From: Eledone cirrhosa
Taxonomy: Eukaryota
Assembly (NCBI GenBank): GCA_964016885.1
Contig: OZ024745.1
Span: 105,958,001 to 106,022,000 of the forward strand
Reading direction: 5' to 3'
Length of the DNA stretch: 64,000 nucleotides
In this document: piece after piece, positions 1 through 18,463 of the stretch
Numbering within the stretch: position 1 is the stretch's first letter
How the letters are laid out: each line of letters begins with the position of its first letter
Notes under the pieces: generated by a model
What the model was told of the DNA's origin: nothing
The model's database searches: none
The model's input: the letters and a program-made list of their open reading frames with translations, nothing else
Program-made: the position numbers and the translations under genes

Positions 1-1197
1 AACTATATAAATATGCCATGCGTTGATTGTCAGTCTGTATACCACATGGCTGAACACTAATTGGAATTTGTTAGTTATATAACCAGCGTCCATGAATTAC
101 ACATTTTTTTGATAGCATCTTTATGCCACATTGAATAAGTTACAGGATAGCTACATCTGATAGATGAGAAAGCCAATACAATTTTGGAAATTGTTACTCA
201 TGGAATTGTCGTTTCTTGAATTAGAAAAAAGGCCCAATTGTGTTAATTTTTAGTTATCACCAAATATATTTCAGACACATTCACTATATTATGTAATTAT
301 CTATGATTTCATATAGTTTCGCAAAGACTAGTGTGAAATAATAGACACATAGGGAAATATTGTGATTCTAGATACCTCGAATAAATAGTAAATTATTTGA
401 GTATTTTTACCAGGTAACGTTTTTAGGTTAGGAGTTCTTTTTCTTCCTTAGATTGTTTCAGAACGCGTTTGAATCATGGTTTCTAATTCAGGCACAAGGC
501 TAGTCGGGGGAAGGGAAACTCGATTAAATAGAATTCTAGAATTCAGTTCACTACTGATGCTATATTTTATCGGCATCGTAAGGATGAATGTCAAAACTAA
601 CGCAGTGTGATTTGAACTCAGAACATAAATGGGTGTGGTTATATGCAACAAAACATGTCAGATGCTTTACCAATTCTGATAATCTTTTGTTAAAGATTTT
701 TCAGCTCTACGTTTTCTACTTGCAATTGTGTTCATAAGTTGAATTAGAGAGCGACCTCAGTATGTACTGGTAATTATATCATTATAGCATTGCCAATTCA
801 CGTTCATGTCTAAACAAGTATATATGAACGATAGCTTGCTACGTGATAGTTCATGCGTCAAGTTTATTTTGTAGAGATCCATAGTTTAATAGGTATATTG
901 AGGTGAGTGTTCCTGGTTCAGATACAGAAAATGAGAAACTAAGATTACAGTGTATTATGAAATGATCTGAGAGAAGGAATTTCTCAACTGGTATGGATGT
1001 ATGGAAGGGATTGAATTAGTTGTAGGGAACTAAGTACACTATCAATTTGTTTTACCTTTTAACTTTAGTAAGATTTATAAAAGGAAAATATGAATAATGT
1101 ATCGATTAATGCTTTCACTGGAGCTGAAATGGAAATGCTTGGTTTCAAAGAATTTGTGGGTTAAGCACCAATAGGCACATAAATACACACCCATACC

Positions 1198-1240
<43 letters not shown>

Positions 1241-1243
<3 letters not shown>

Positions 1244-1400
1244 AGAATGTACGACCCCGAGACGTTTCGACGGCTATTTCTGGACTAAAGTAAGAATTTG
1301 TTTAGTCTGGTAAATAAATAGCCGAACTTTTCAAGGGTACTTCCTTATATGGAAAGATTGTAGTTGTCAAGGGGTGATCAAAATTTGTAACGGACACAGA
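1241..1400 (-). mobile_element. Family B-related copy with TTGAAAA core and damaged helix III
   Basis: Colinear with 63017-63160. Reverse complement reads accc-TTGAAAA-gttcggctattt...aaatagccgtc-GAAA-cgtctc-ggggt. Follows a (TA)n tract. Confidence 0.65.
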
Positions 1401-1929
1401 AAAGTCTAACATGGCAGTATTGCGGGGTGGGGATGGCTGAACTTGCCTTTAGAACGATAGGGGAGTGGGTAGAGGCGGTCAAGCGTAGAAGGTGAAATCT
1501 ACACACCAAATTCTAAGGAATGTGTATGAAAGTAGGCCAGAGGAAGTTGGCAAAAAATGGTATTATTAGAAAGTGGAGGAGGGACGTTATAGAAATAGTA
1601 AAACAAATGCGATTAGGGGACAAAGAAAATATATAATAAAAAAGAATATAATAAAAAATGAGAGAAAGATGAAACAGAAAGTAAGATTGGAAAGTGAGAA
1701 GTGAAATAACACAGCTGCTATATTTCGGCCAAAGCCACAGAATGAGTTGCTAGATGAGAATAATTGAAAAATTTAGAATTAAAAATTAATACCACATCTC
1801 TGGGGTCTAACACAGCTGCTATGAATAGTTAGTATAGCGTAATCGGCGAATGCTATCTGTAAGTTACTGGGGTGGGTACTGAGGTAAAGAGGCCCGATGC
1901 GCGTTCTTTATTGTTATCCATTTTGTAGA

Positions 1930-2011
<82 letters not shown>

Positions 2012-2659
2012 GAGAAAGAGAGAGGGTATGAGAAAAAAGGGAGAGTTGGTTGAGAAAGAAAGAAAGAAAGTTTAAGCAAAGAATCGCTGCTTTCAACATT
2101 AACGGGATCTTCTTAAACTAATAAATTCAATCTGTGAACGCAGAATTAAATATTTCGAGAAACATTGCAATCGAAGGAAAACAGGAAGACGATATTTTGG
2201 TTCGTGAAGACGTTCCCTGTAATGAACGTAAAAAAAGGCGAGGATAATACGTCGTTATGTGGATCGAGAAGAACAATTTCATGCAAAGACGAGACCAAGT
2301 TTACGATGTAAATGGAGTCGTTAGACTAATATTCTATTTAAAATAACCGAATGATTTCCAGCCCCGGAGTTTAAGAATTATGTAAATAAAATTGTAAACG
2401 AAAATGACAGGGGTTATTAAAATAGTTGTTTCTACTTTTGGCACAAGGCCAGCATACCCAGTACATTACTGGTACTTTATTTTATCGACCCCGTAAGGAT
2501 GAAAGGCAAAGTTAACCTCGACGAGATTTTAACTTTGCCTTAATAGTGATGATATAGGCCAGTACATACGTATGCGCCGATGGACATACACATACATATA
2601 CATACGCACACACAAATACACACGCACACACACACACACGCGCGTGTGTGTGTAAACCT

Positions 2660-3087
2660 TATGCATTTCTACAGTATTTTCACCAAACTTAAGACATAGG
2701 TTACTTATGTACTCCGGATGGTGATGGGCACTTTCATTTTTCCAGATATTGATTATAGGGCCTCCCGGCAGATAACCTTCTTTAATCACTTCCTTGGAGT
2801 CATAGACTGAAGCACTGCAGTGCAATGCAACAAAACGTCATAACTTCTGGAGTTCGCAACCAATTTTCACAAAACTTGACACATGGGCTACGTTTGTTCT
2901 ACAGATGAATGTGAACCCTCAGAATTGGCACATATTGAGTAGAGGACCCCTGGGGTCAGGAACCCCCTTTTGGAAAAAAGCCGATGATTTTGTAAAAGTA
3001 TAGTTTTCCAAGCAGCACTGAAGTATTGACATAAATGGTATACATAACTGGTATTTAATACCCGAGCAGCACCGGGTACCTCTGCTA

Positions 3088-3089
<2 letters not shown>
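2660..3089 (+). mobile_element. Probable Helitron 3' terminus (5' extent uncertain)
   Basis: cccgagcagcaccggg hairpin-like motif at 3061-3076, then CTAG|T at 3085-3089 adjoining (TA)n. Confidence 0.5.
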
Positions 3090-3132
<43 letters not shown>

Positions 3133-3185
3133 CATTTATATATATATATATATTTTTTCATTTATATATATATATATATATTTTC

Positions 3186-3270
<85 letters not shown>

Positions 3271-3578
3271 AGAGAAAAGGTGAAGTTGGAAATAGCCCGG
3301 AAAATATATTTAATATATTTTTGATTCGTCAAAGTGACATTATGAGGGTGACCAAATGAGAGTGACAATTCTTTTTAAAAAAAGTTTTATAAAGTATATG
3401 AGGAATTACCGGTTTCGATGTATTATTAAAATTAATCTTATCAAATGTTGAGTATTGAAATAAATATTAAAAAGAATTAATAGAAGTTAAAAACTAAGGA
3501 ATTAAAGTTAAAATCATATGTTTGAAGTAAATTTTCTTCCATCCTTCTTCCTCAAAATTTGGTGGTAAAATATGTGTG

Positions 3579-3669
<91 letters not shown>

Positions 3670-4132
3670 GTGTGTGCGTGTGTGTATGCTTGTGTATTTG
3701 TGTGTATAACACCAAATCCATAACAGTATATACTTTATGTGCTGTGATCAGGTATATCTACCCTGGGTTGGTCTCCCTAGCTACCGCCGCGCCGAGGTTT
3801 TTTCAAGAGGAGTGTGCAGTCTCTTTCGTAAATCTTCATTAGCGTAGAAAGTGTGTCTGTGTATGTGTGTGTGTGTGTGCGTATGTGTGTATGTGTATGT
3901 GTGTGAGACAGAGAGTGAGAGAGAGATATATTAGTGCGAACATTTATTTTTAGATAGTATTTAAATAAGACAAAATACACTTGACTTTGTATAAAAATGG
4001 CTTTCGATCGACAAAATTATCTATATAAAATAATATGTAAATACGGTTAATGTAATTAACCGTATAGTAGTGACTTGACAGAGCATTTAGGTACATAATG
4101 CTTTACGACAGAGGTGTGCATCATATTCCATT

Positions 4133-7957
<3,825 letters not shown>

Positions 7958-8244
7958 TGGCCCACCAATTGAATATGTTGCCCACCCCTGTTTTATAAGA
8001 AGAAATATAAAGGCATAACAGCCAAAGGGAAGCCAAAAGTGTTTGTTACTGTTACATTTTTTTGTTCTATATTGTTGTTTCTCATTTTTTTGGATAGTCA
8101 CCTGAAACCTAGAAGCGTGTGAGAGATTAATAGATTGAGAAAGTTGAATAATAATTTGACTCAGCATCACATGTACCCAACCATATGACTATAAGATATT
8201 CTATTTTTGTTATTAATTGCTTCTAACATTCTTAATGCTCAGTA

Positions 8245-8422
8245 TAATTATATCTACTTTTGGCACAAGGCCAGCAATTATCCTAGTGCATTACTGGTAC
8301 TTTATTTTATCGACTCCGTAAGGATAAAAGGCCAAGTTTACCTCGGCGGGATTTGAAAACAGACCGTAAAGGGCCGTAACACTATGCTGTAAAGCGTGGC
8401 GTCCGACCCTCTACCGATACTG
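8245..8422 (-). mobile_element. tRNA-derived SINE (same family)
   Basis: Reverse complement of the family consensus. A partial copy is also at ~2425-2530. Confidence 0.85.
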
Positions 8423-8833
8423 AATTAAAGGGACGAATTGGCTGGTTAGTTAGAGCCTTTCTAACTAAATGACATGGATATATTTTCTATTTCTCTGCAC
8501 CTCGAGTTCATAATTTCTGTGAGTCGTAGATAATCGTATTTGTTAGAGCGTCGGGAATGTTGTTTTGCGGTATCTGTCCCAGTTTTGGTCATTCTGAATT
8601 AAAATCCCGCCTCTATAACATTGAAGAGATTGCGACATGGTGGGACTGGGTTTTCAGGATGAAACCACATTAGACCACGCCCTTGAGATGCAACCTCGTT
8701 TGAAGACGGCTAAACCTATACAAGTGCAAGCCGTCACAAAAAATATAAGAAGTAAATCCGTATAATTTTGTGGGAAAACGTAAATAATTATTGATTTCAT
8801 TCCAGCCATGATCACGTCATTATTTCAGATACA

Positions 8834-9022
8834 GCGGTGGATTGTCATTATCAGTAGAGGGTTGGACACCATGCTTTCTAGCATAGTTAAGTCCCTTTAC
8901 GGTCTGAGTTCAAATCCTGCCGAGGTTAACTTTGCCTTTCATCCTTACGGGGTCGATAAAATGACGTACCAGTAATGCACTGAGATAATTGCTGGCCTTG
9001 TGTCAAAAGTAGAAACAATTAT
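8834..9022 (+). mobile_element. tRNA-derived SINE (same family)
   Basis: A-box-like head, B-box gagttcaaatcc, conserved central domain, gtagaaacaatt end. Confidence 0.88.
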
Positions 9023-10699
9023 AACAGATACAGTATTCTCAGACTATATGTCATTTATTATGTTAATTTTAGGCGGTATGGTGTGGTTTGAGATATGATG
9101 TTTTAGCTATTTCTAGCAGTGTGATTAACTACATTTTCTGCTCAATAACTATTTATATTTGAATAGAATTTTGCTTGGTCCTAGTTAATATTTCGGTGTT
9201 AACAGGATATGAACCGGTTTGTCTATTGTTTACTTAACCTGGTAAAGTCATGACTCGCCATCGGCTCAGTCAAGATTTGTCAAAATACTACAAACCCTAA
9301 TTCGATTGTCTGGTGCTGTATTAATTGATTTGCCCCATCATTGTTGAGATGCTGGTACTAACTAACCATGAGTTAGACTTGATCAAGTAGATATAGGATC
9401 AAATTCATTCTAGCCCTAATTTTTATTTAGATGATATATCTAAGATAACATTATCAAGGGTGGCATTTCTTTTTAAAGGCAGTAGAATATGTTGTTTTTT
9501 TTAGGGAGAATTGGCTCCTAATTATTGTATATATTGCGATCACATTAAGTTCCATTAATGGCTCGTATTTGTTTATTCATAAACACAAAGAGAAGTAAAA
9601 CATAATCTAAGTTTAAAAAACATTCTGTATTTATCAACATGATATAATTACAAAGGCATGTTAGGGGTGGAATTAACAAATACTGTAGTCACAATTCTGT
9701 CTTCAGCAATGCTGCAATTTCAAATAATAATAAAATTGAGCACTGCTTTGTTTAGTTCTTTTTTTATTATTACAAGAGTCAAGGCTATTATTATTTAAAA
9801 TCGTTTCAGCTTCTTATACATTTTTATTCCTTTGATGGTCTGGAAAACGTTAGTTTATTTGCTGATGTTATTGCTATTGTTGTTGTTGTTGTTGTTCATA
9901 CCATTATTAACTTTTTCATTTTATTTTTATTTGTTATTTTTTAATATAGTATTTTAAAGAAATATCTGTTGCATAATAATTATTGCGTAATTATTGGTTA
10001 ATATAGAGAGATATAACTGTAAAATCGATAGATTGGGAGACGGAATACATTGAGGAATTTAACCACAGGCATTTTTCCTCCGTGTTCATCTACGCCTTTC
10101 ATTCTTCCTAGATATGTAATATAAGTAACATACAAAGACTGGAATCAAGTACTGGGGTTGTGTTAATCGACTATGTGTTGAACCTATATCTGCAATTTGA
10201 AATTTCGTCTGAAGTTCTAGACAAGTTATTTTTATGGAAAACAGAAGAGCAGTTGCACATGCAGTAAATCTCTCTTCAAGCGATTGATGCTTCTTTAGGG
10301 AAGGACAAGGGTCGATGCAGCATGTTACCTGTTTTGTGACAGAATATACGGATCTGGAAGAAACACAGCAAGGAATAATGTCGAGCGCTTTACAAATTCG
10401 GTTATCTACAGCCCTGAACTGTTACATTATTTTATCACCATTTTGAAGGGATTTTTGATGCCTTCGATTACACAAAATGCATAAGGAAATATGTTTTGTG
10501 TGTTTGTAAGATTCGCAAGCAAAATTCTAATTTTTGCTTTCCCTGCATTTTTAAATATATCTTGATATATTTATATTATCAATTTGAATTATTCAAGTCT
10601 TACCAGTGCTTCTGTTGCTGTAACACATCTCATTTCTTCAGATGCCTGTAAATAAGTAATACAAAAATAAAAATGCATCATAGGGCAAGTTATAAATAA

Positions 10700-11400
10700 T
10701 CTACCCAAGTTTAACTACGATTGATTTATTGAGCAAGTTTACAGAGGACATCAACTCACATGCAGGAACAGGAAAAATTCATATTTCATTTGGAGCCACC
10801 TATTCCAAGGGAACAGTATCCCCAGCATTTTGCAGAGCATCCTTGATAGAACACCCCTTTTATGACCCAGGGGTCTCCACTGCAAACTAGCAGTTTGCTA
10901 TTACCGAAGAAACACATTGTTAGTCAATGTCACGTTCACTGGCAACGGATATCTCGCGTGAAACATTTTAGATCCATTTCATCCTTGTGCATGTTTAATG
11001 AGGAGAGCTCTTCCCCACGAACTGGCATGTATATTAAAATGATGCCTGCATTGACAAAATAGAAAAATCATATACTCCAAAAGGATCCCACAAACATATC
11101 AGATATAACAAAGGGCCGTCTTCATAAACCCTAGAACAACATTAGATACGTAGAGTGTTGCTTACAAACAACCACTCATTCGTTCGTCAGAGTTACCGCA
11201 GAAAGACCTGCTGTTGCTGAAAACCCGATACCACCACTATTTGATAAGAACCGTTTAATGGAGAGTCTTTAAACTACGTCACAGAAGAACTTCTCTATTT
11301 TCGTATTATTTATTTACAAGCATCTGAAGGCGTTCAATGTGTTTATGTCTATGACACCTCGGGTAATGCATCAATAACTCACATTTTATAATATATATTT
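10700..11400 (-). pseudogene. Possible highly decayed Helitron Pif1-family helicase fragment
   Basis: Weak motif relics occur in the expected order and spacing: IDA......*T (Walker A-like), SATAGLSAVTL (motif Ia-like), MHK.....RDI, FGNSKLLVCSGD (motif III-like). Confidence 0.35.
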
Positions 11401-11799
11401 TCTCAACAATCATAATGTCAATTTCCTTTCCTTTCATCTGTACTCACAGTTGCATTTATAGATATATGCACAACAAAACACATCTACACATAAATTATAT
11501 GTCTTAGCAGATAATCCTCAGGTTGTTGTATTTCTGCTAGGCAATGCAGTACATCTGTCATCTAGATATTGATATATAGGTGTATATATACATAATTTCC
11601 ATTCACTTCTTTCTCTCTCTTATGTAAACATATACATAAATCCTTTATGAATGTGTGTATGTTTGTCACATAATGTGTATGTATATGTATGCGCCCGACT
11701 GAAAAAAAAATATATATGTGTGTGTGAGTGTGTGCGTGAGTGTGTGTATGTGTGTGTATCTGGTGAGCAAATAATTGTATTTGTGTATATGTGTGTGCG

Positions 11800-11901
11800 A
11801 TCTTCTTCTTCTTCTTCTTCTTCTTCTTCTTCTTCTTCTTCTTCTTCTTCTTCTTCTTCTTCTTCTTCTTCTTCTTCTTCTTCTTCTTCTTCTTCTTCTT
11901 C
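11800..11901. repeat. (TTC)n microsatellite
   Basis: Directly visible. Confidence 0.97.
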
Positions 11902-13047
11902 TGTGAGAGAAGGTTAATGATGAATTAAAGTTATCATGAAACCGAACATGTGGTTCGAATGTTTGCGACAAAGGGAATTTTTCTCACCTCAATTGCTTCA
12001 CCCTCATTTTTATCCTCTTGTGATCTTCCTCCTACTATTTCTTCCTTCCTTCTCCTTCTTATTCCTTTAATAATTAAGTTTGTCCATTATCCTTCAGGGC
12101 TCGGTAAATAAGATGTACAGTGAGGGACAGGAGGAGTAATTAGATCGGCTCTTTGAATTCTGTTAGGTTTAATATATGCTTGTTTCAGCACCACCACCAC
12201 ACACTCTTTGGAAAATGTCAACGGAGTCTACTCGGTTGTAAGCATCTGGACTAGGTATCCTATTTGGATATACCTTCCTCTCTCAGACCAGTCTTGGGGG
12301 TTCCTGAAATGAGACATGAGCAATGTTTTCACTTCTGACACAGTGAAAAGTAAAATAAATGAGCCTACCAAATTATAAATGAGGTCAGCGCCCCCTCCCC
12401 CACTACCCTCCACGCTACACTTCACTCAACCTTTCAGACATTTTCCTCTCCAGAACAATACATAATTGTATTGAACGAGAGATGGTACCCGACTTTTGAT
12501 CTCAGTTTACTTTGAGCTCATTAATGAAAGACACCTTCTTTAACGAATCCCTTGTACCGTAAATTAACCGAAAGTAAAGTTTCAGAATACATATTTCCGA
12601 ACAGGCTTTGAAAAAAACAAAAAAGCAAAAAAAAACAAAAAAAAACAAAAAAAAAACAAAAACAAAAACACGGATTGAATGCTGTAGTCTGTATAATGTA
12701 GTATCAGATTGAGAATCAAAATAAAAATGTTTTCCTCATATCATTTATACTTAAACGACTACAATCGTATCAGAAAGAAATTCTTCAACAATTGATTTCG
12801 GAAATTGGGGCGATAAAGAAGGATATAAAATAATGTAATAATTATTGTTAACAATGAGATCGTTCTATTTATTAAGGGGGCACTAAATATCTCCTAAGTG
12901 CATATTCTTAAGAAAATTCGGTGTGTTTTATTCATTTGTGTAAGTTTGCCTATGCCTCGTTGTGTGATGGTAAAGCTGATGTCATGTACATGTCTATGTA
13001 TCTATCTATCCACACACCCACACACATATACATATATATATATATAT

Positions 13048-13102
<55 letters not shown>

Positions 13103-13133
13103 TACATATATGTTTATATATATATGTACGTAC

Positions 13134-13186
<53 letters not shown>

Positions 13187-13304
13187 TAGACATAGAATAT
13201 TCGAAAATATTCTGTATGTTTATAATAAACATTTTGAAGACCTAATCGCTATAGAATAGAATACGTCACGTATTACAATTAGATTCTCGATAAAAGCAAG
13301 GGAA

Positions 13305-13657
13305 GTAATCTACGCGTTTCATTCTTGTTAGAATTCATCAGGACTACATATCCAGTGCTTTTATCGAGAATGACACAGCTAGAGACTTATAGAATACTTA
13401 GCTGTGTACAGGAACTGGTTTGAAAGAGCGGTTGCCGGTCCGGCAGAAATTAGAAATTGGAATAAATGCTCTGAAATAGCGATATATATGTGAATATAGA
13501 CATAGAATATTCGAAAATATTCTGTATGTTTATAATAAACATTTTGAAGACCTAATCGCTATAGAATAGAATACGTCACGTATTACAATTAGATTCTCGA
13601 TAAAAGCAAGGGAAGTAATCTACGCGTTTCATTCTTGTTAGAATTCATCAGGACTAC
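13305..13657 (-). ncRNA. Two minus-strand copies of the same hammerhead (13305-13347 and 13615-13657)
   Basis: Exact reverse complement of 13928-13970. Confidence 0.9.
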
Positions 13658-13927
13658 ATATCCAGTGCTTTTATCGAGAATGACACAGCTAGAGACTTAT
13701 AGAATACTTAGCTGTGTACAGGAACTGGTTTGAAAGAGCGGTTGCCGGTCCGGCAGAAATTAGAAATTGGAATAAATGCTCTGAAATAGCGATATATATG
13801 TGAATATAGACATAGAATATTCGAAAATATTCTGTATGTTTATAATAAACATTTTGAAGACCTAATCGCTATAGAAAGTATTCTATAAGTCTCTAGCTGT
13901 GTCATTCTCGATAAAAGCACTGGATAT

Positions 13928-13970
13928 GTAGTCCTGATGAATTCTAACAAGAATGAAACGCGTAGATTAC
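13928..13970 (+). ncRNA. Type I hammerhead ribozyme, first of 15 plus-strand copies spaced 310 bp apart (last at 18268-18310)
   Basis: Helix I gtagtc/gattac; core CTGATGA 13934-13940; helix II attct/agaat with loop aaca; GAAA 13955-13958; palindromic helix III acgcgt; GUA cleavage triplet ending at 13964. A distal 16-bp stem pairs 13904-13919 with 13977-13992. Confidence 0.92.
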
Positions 13971-16900
13971 TTCCCTTGCTTTTATCGAGAATCTAATTGT
14001 AATACGTGACGTATTCTATTCTATAGCGATTAGGTCTTCAAAATGTTTATTATAAACATACAGAATATTTTCGAATATTCTATGTCTATATTCACATATA
14101 TATCGCTATTTCAGAGCATTTATTCCAATTTCTAATTTCTGCCGGACCGGCAACCGCTCTTTCAAACCAGTTCCTGTACACAGCTAAGTATTCTATAAGT
14201 CTCTAGCTGTGTCATTCTCGATAAAAGCACTGGATATGTAGTCCTGATGAATTCTAACAAGAATGAAACGCGTAGATTACTTCCCTTGCTTTTATCGAGA
14301 ATCTAATTGTAATACGTGACGTATTCTATTCTATAGCGATTAGGTCTTCAAAATGTTTATTATAAACATACAGAATATTTTCGAATATTCTATGTCTATA
14401 TTCACATATATATCGCTATTTCAGAGCATTTATTCCAATTTCTAATTTCTGCCGGACCGGCAACCGCTCTTTCAAACCAGTTCCTGTACACAGCTAAGTA
14501 TTCTATAAGTCTCTAGCTGTGTCATTCTCGATAAAAGCACTGGATATGTAGTCCTGATGAATTCTAACAAGAATGAAACGCGTAGATTACTTCCCTTGCT
14601 TTTATCGAGAATCTAATTGTAATACGTGACGTATTCTATTCTATAGCGATTAGGTCTTCAAAATGTTTATTATAAACATACAGAATATTTTCGAATATTC
14701 TATGTCTATATTCACATATATATCGCTATTTCAGAGCATTTATTCCAATTTCTAATTTCTGCCGGACCGGCAACCGCTCTTTCAAACCAGTTCCTGTACA
14801 CAGCTAAGTATTCTATAAGTCTCTAGCTGTGTCATTCTCGATAAAAGCACTGGATATGTAGTCCTGATGAATTCTAACAAGAATGAAACGCGTAGATTAC
14901 TTCCCTTGCTTTTATCGAGAATCTAATTGTAATACGTGACGTATTCTATTCTATAGCGATTAGGTCTTCAAAATGTTTATTATAAACATACAGAATATTT
15001 TCGAATATTCTATGTCTATATTCACATATATATCGCTATTTCAGAGCATTTATTCCAATTTCTAATTTCTGCCGGACCGGCAACCGCTCTTTCAAACCAG
15101 TTCCTGTACACAGCTAAGTATTCTATAAGTCTCTAGCTGTGTCATTCTCGATAAAAGCACTGGATATGTAGTCCTGATGAATTCTAACAAGAATGAAACG
15201 CGTAGATTACTTCCCTTGCTTTTATCGAGAATCTAATTGTAATACGTGACGTATTCTATTCTATAGCGATTAGGTCTTCAAAATGTTTATTATAAACATA
15301 CAGAATATTTTCGAATATTCTATGTCTATATTCACATATATATCGCTATTTCAGAGCATTTATTCCAATTTCTAATTTCTGCCGGACCGGCAACCGCTCT
15401 TTCAAACCAGTTCCTGTACACAGCTAAGTATTCTATAAGTCTCTAGCTGTGTCATTCTCGATAAAAGCACTGGATATGTAGTCCTGATGAATTCTAACAA
15501 GAATGAAACGCGTAGATTACTTCCCTTGCTTTTATCGAGAATCTAATTGTAATACGTGACGTATTCTATTCTATAGCGATTAGGTCTTCAAAATGTTTAT
15601 TATAAACATACAGAATATTTTCGAATATTCTATGTCTATATTCACATATATATCGCTATTTCAGAGCATTTATTCCAATTTCTAATTTCTGCCGGACCGG
15701 CAACCGCTCTTTCAAACCAGTTCCTGTACACAGCTAAGTATTCTATAAGTCTCTAGCTGTGTCATTCTCGATAAAAGCACTGGATATGTAGTCCTGATGA
15801 ATTCTAACAAGAATGAAACGCGTAGATTACTTCCCTTGCTTTTATCGAGAATCTAATTGTAATACGTGACGTATTCTATTCTATAGCGATTAGGTCTTCA
15901 AAATGTTTATTATAAACATACAGAATATTTTCGAATATTCTATGTCTATATTCACATATATATCGCTATTTCAGAGCATTTATTCCAATTTCTAATTTCT
16001 GCCGGACCGGCAACCGCTCTTTCAAACCAGTTCCTGTACACAGCTAAGTATTCTATAAGTCTCTAGCTGTGTCATTCTCGATAAAAGCACTGGATATGTA
16101 GTCCTGATGAATTCTAACAAGAATGAAACGCGTAGATTACTTCCCTTGCTTTTATCGAGAATCTAATTGTAATACGTGACGTATTCTATTCTATAGCGAT
16201 TAGGTCTTCAAAATGTTTATTATAAACATACAGAATATTTTCGAATATTCTATGTCTATATTCACATATATATCGCTATTTCAGAGCATTTATTCCAATT
16301 TCTAATTTCTGCCGGACCGGCAACCGCTCTTTCAAACCAGTTCCTGTACACAGCTAAGTATTCTATAAGTCTCTAGCTGTGTCATTCTCGATAAAAGCAC
16401 TGGATATGTAGTCCTGATGAATTCTAACAAGAATGAAACGCGTAGATTACTTCCCTTGCTTTTATCGAGAATCTAATTGTAATACGTGACGTATTCTATT
16501 CTATAGCGATTAGGTCTTCAAAATGTTTATTATAAACATACAGAATATTTTCGAATATTCTATGTCTATATTCACATATATATCGCTATTTCAGAGCATT
16601 TATTCCAATTTCTAATTTCTGCCGGACCGGCAACCGCTCTTTCAAACCAGTTCCTGTACACAGCTAAGTATTCTATAAGTCTCTAGCTGTGTCATTCTCG
16701 ATAAAAGCACTGGATATGTAGTCCTGATGAATTCTAACAAGAATGAAACGCGTAGATTACTTCCCTTGCTTTTATCGAGAATCTAATTGTAATACGTGAC
16801 GTATTCTATTCTATAGCGATTAGGTCTTCAAAATGTTTATTATAAACATACAGAATATTTTCGAATATTCTATGTCTATATTCACATATATATCGCTATT

Positions 16901-18463
16901 TCAGAGCATTTATTCCAATTTCTAATTTCTGCCGGACCGGCAACCGCTCTTTCAAACCAGTTCCTGTACACAGCTAAGTATTCTATAAGTCTCTAGCTGT
17001 GTCATTCTCGATAAAAGCACTGGATATGTAGTCCTGATGAATTCTAACAAGAATGAAACGCGTAGATTACTTCCCTTGCTTTTATCGAGAATCTAATTGT
17101 AATACGTGACGTATTCTATTCTATAGCGATTAGGTCTTCAAAATGTTTATTATAAACATACAGAATATTTTCGAATATTCTATGTCTATATTCACATATA
17201 TATCGCTATTTCAGAGCATTTATTCCAATTTCTAATTTCTGCCGGACCGGCAACCGCTCTTTCAAACCAGTTCCTGTACACAGCTAAGTATTCTATAAGT
17301 CTCTAGCTGTGTCATTCTCGATAAAAGCACTGGATATGTAGTCCTGATGAATTCTAACAAGAATGAAACGCGTAGATTACTTCCCTTGCTTTTATCGAGA
17401 ATCTAATTGTAATACGTGACGTATTCTATTCTATAGCGATTAGGTCTTCAAAATGTTTATTATAAACATACAGAATATTTTCGAATATTCTATGTCTATA
17501 TTCACATATATATCGCTATTTCAGAGCATTTATTCCAATTTCTAATTTCTGCCGGACCGGCAACCGCTCTTTCAAACCAGTTCCTGTACACAGCTAAGTA
17601 TTCTATAAGTCTCTAGCTGTGTCATTCTCGATAAAAGCACTGGATATGTAGTCCTGATGAATTCTAACAAGAATGAAACGCGTAGATTACTTCCCTTGCT
17701 TTTATCGAGAATCTAATTGTAATACGTGACGTATTCTATTCTATAGCGATTAGGTCTTCAAAATGTTTATTATAAACATACAGAATATTTTCGAATATTC
17801 TATGTCTATATTCACATATATATCGCTATTTCAGAGCATTTATTCCAATTTCTAATTTCTGCCGGACCGGCAACCGCTCTTTCAAACCAGTTCCTGTACA
17901 CAGCTAAGTATTCTATAAGTCTCTAGCTGTGTCATTCTCGATAAAAGCACTGGATATGTAGTCCTGATGAATTCTAACAAGAATGAAACGCGTAGATTAC
18001 TTCCCTTGCTTTTATCGAGAATCTAATTGTAATACGTGACGTATTCTATTCTATAGCGATTAGGTCTTCAAAATGTTTATTATAAACATACAGAATATTT
18101 TCGAATATTCTATGTCTATATTCACATATATATCGCTATTTCAGAGCATTTATTCCAATTTCTAATTTCTGCCGGACCGGCAACCGCTCTTTCAAACCAG
18201 TTCCTGTACACAGCTAAGTATTCTATAAGTCTCTAGCTGTGTCATTCTCGATAAAAGCACTGGATATGTAGTCCTGATGAATTCTAACAAGAATGAAACG
18301 CGTAGATTACTTCCCTTGCTTTTATCGAGAATCTAATTGTAATACGTGACGTATTCTATTCTATAGCGATTAGGTCTTCAAAATGTTTATTATAAACATA
18401 CAGAATATTTTCGAATATTCTATGTCTATATTCACATATATATCGCTATTTCAGAGCATTTAT

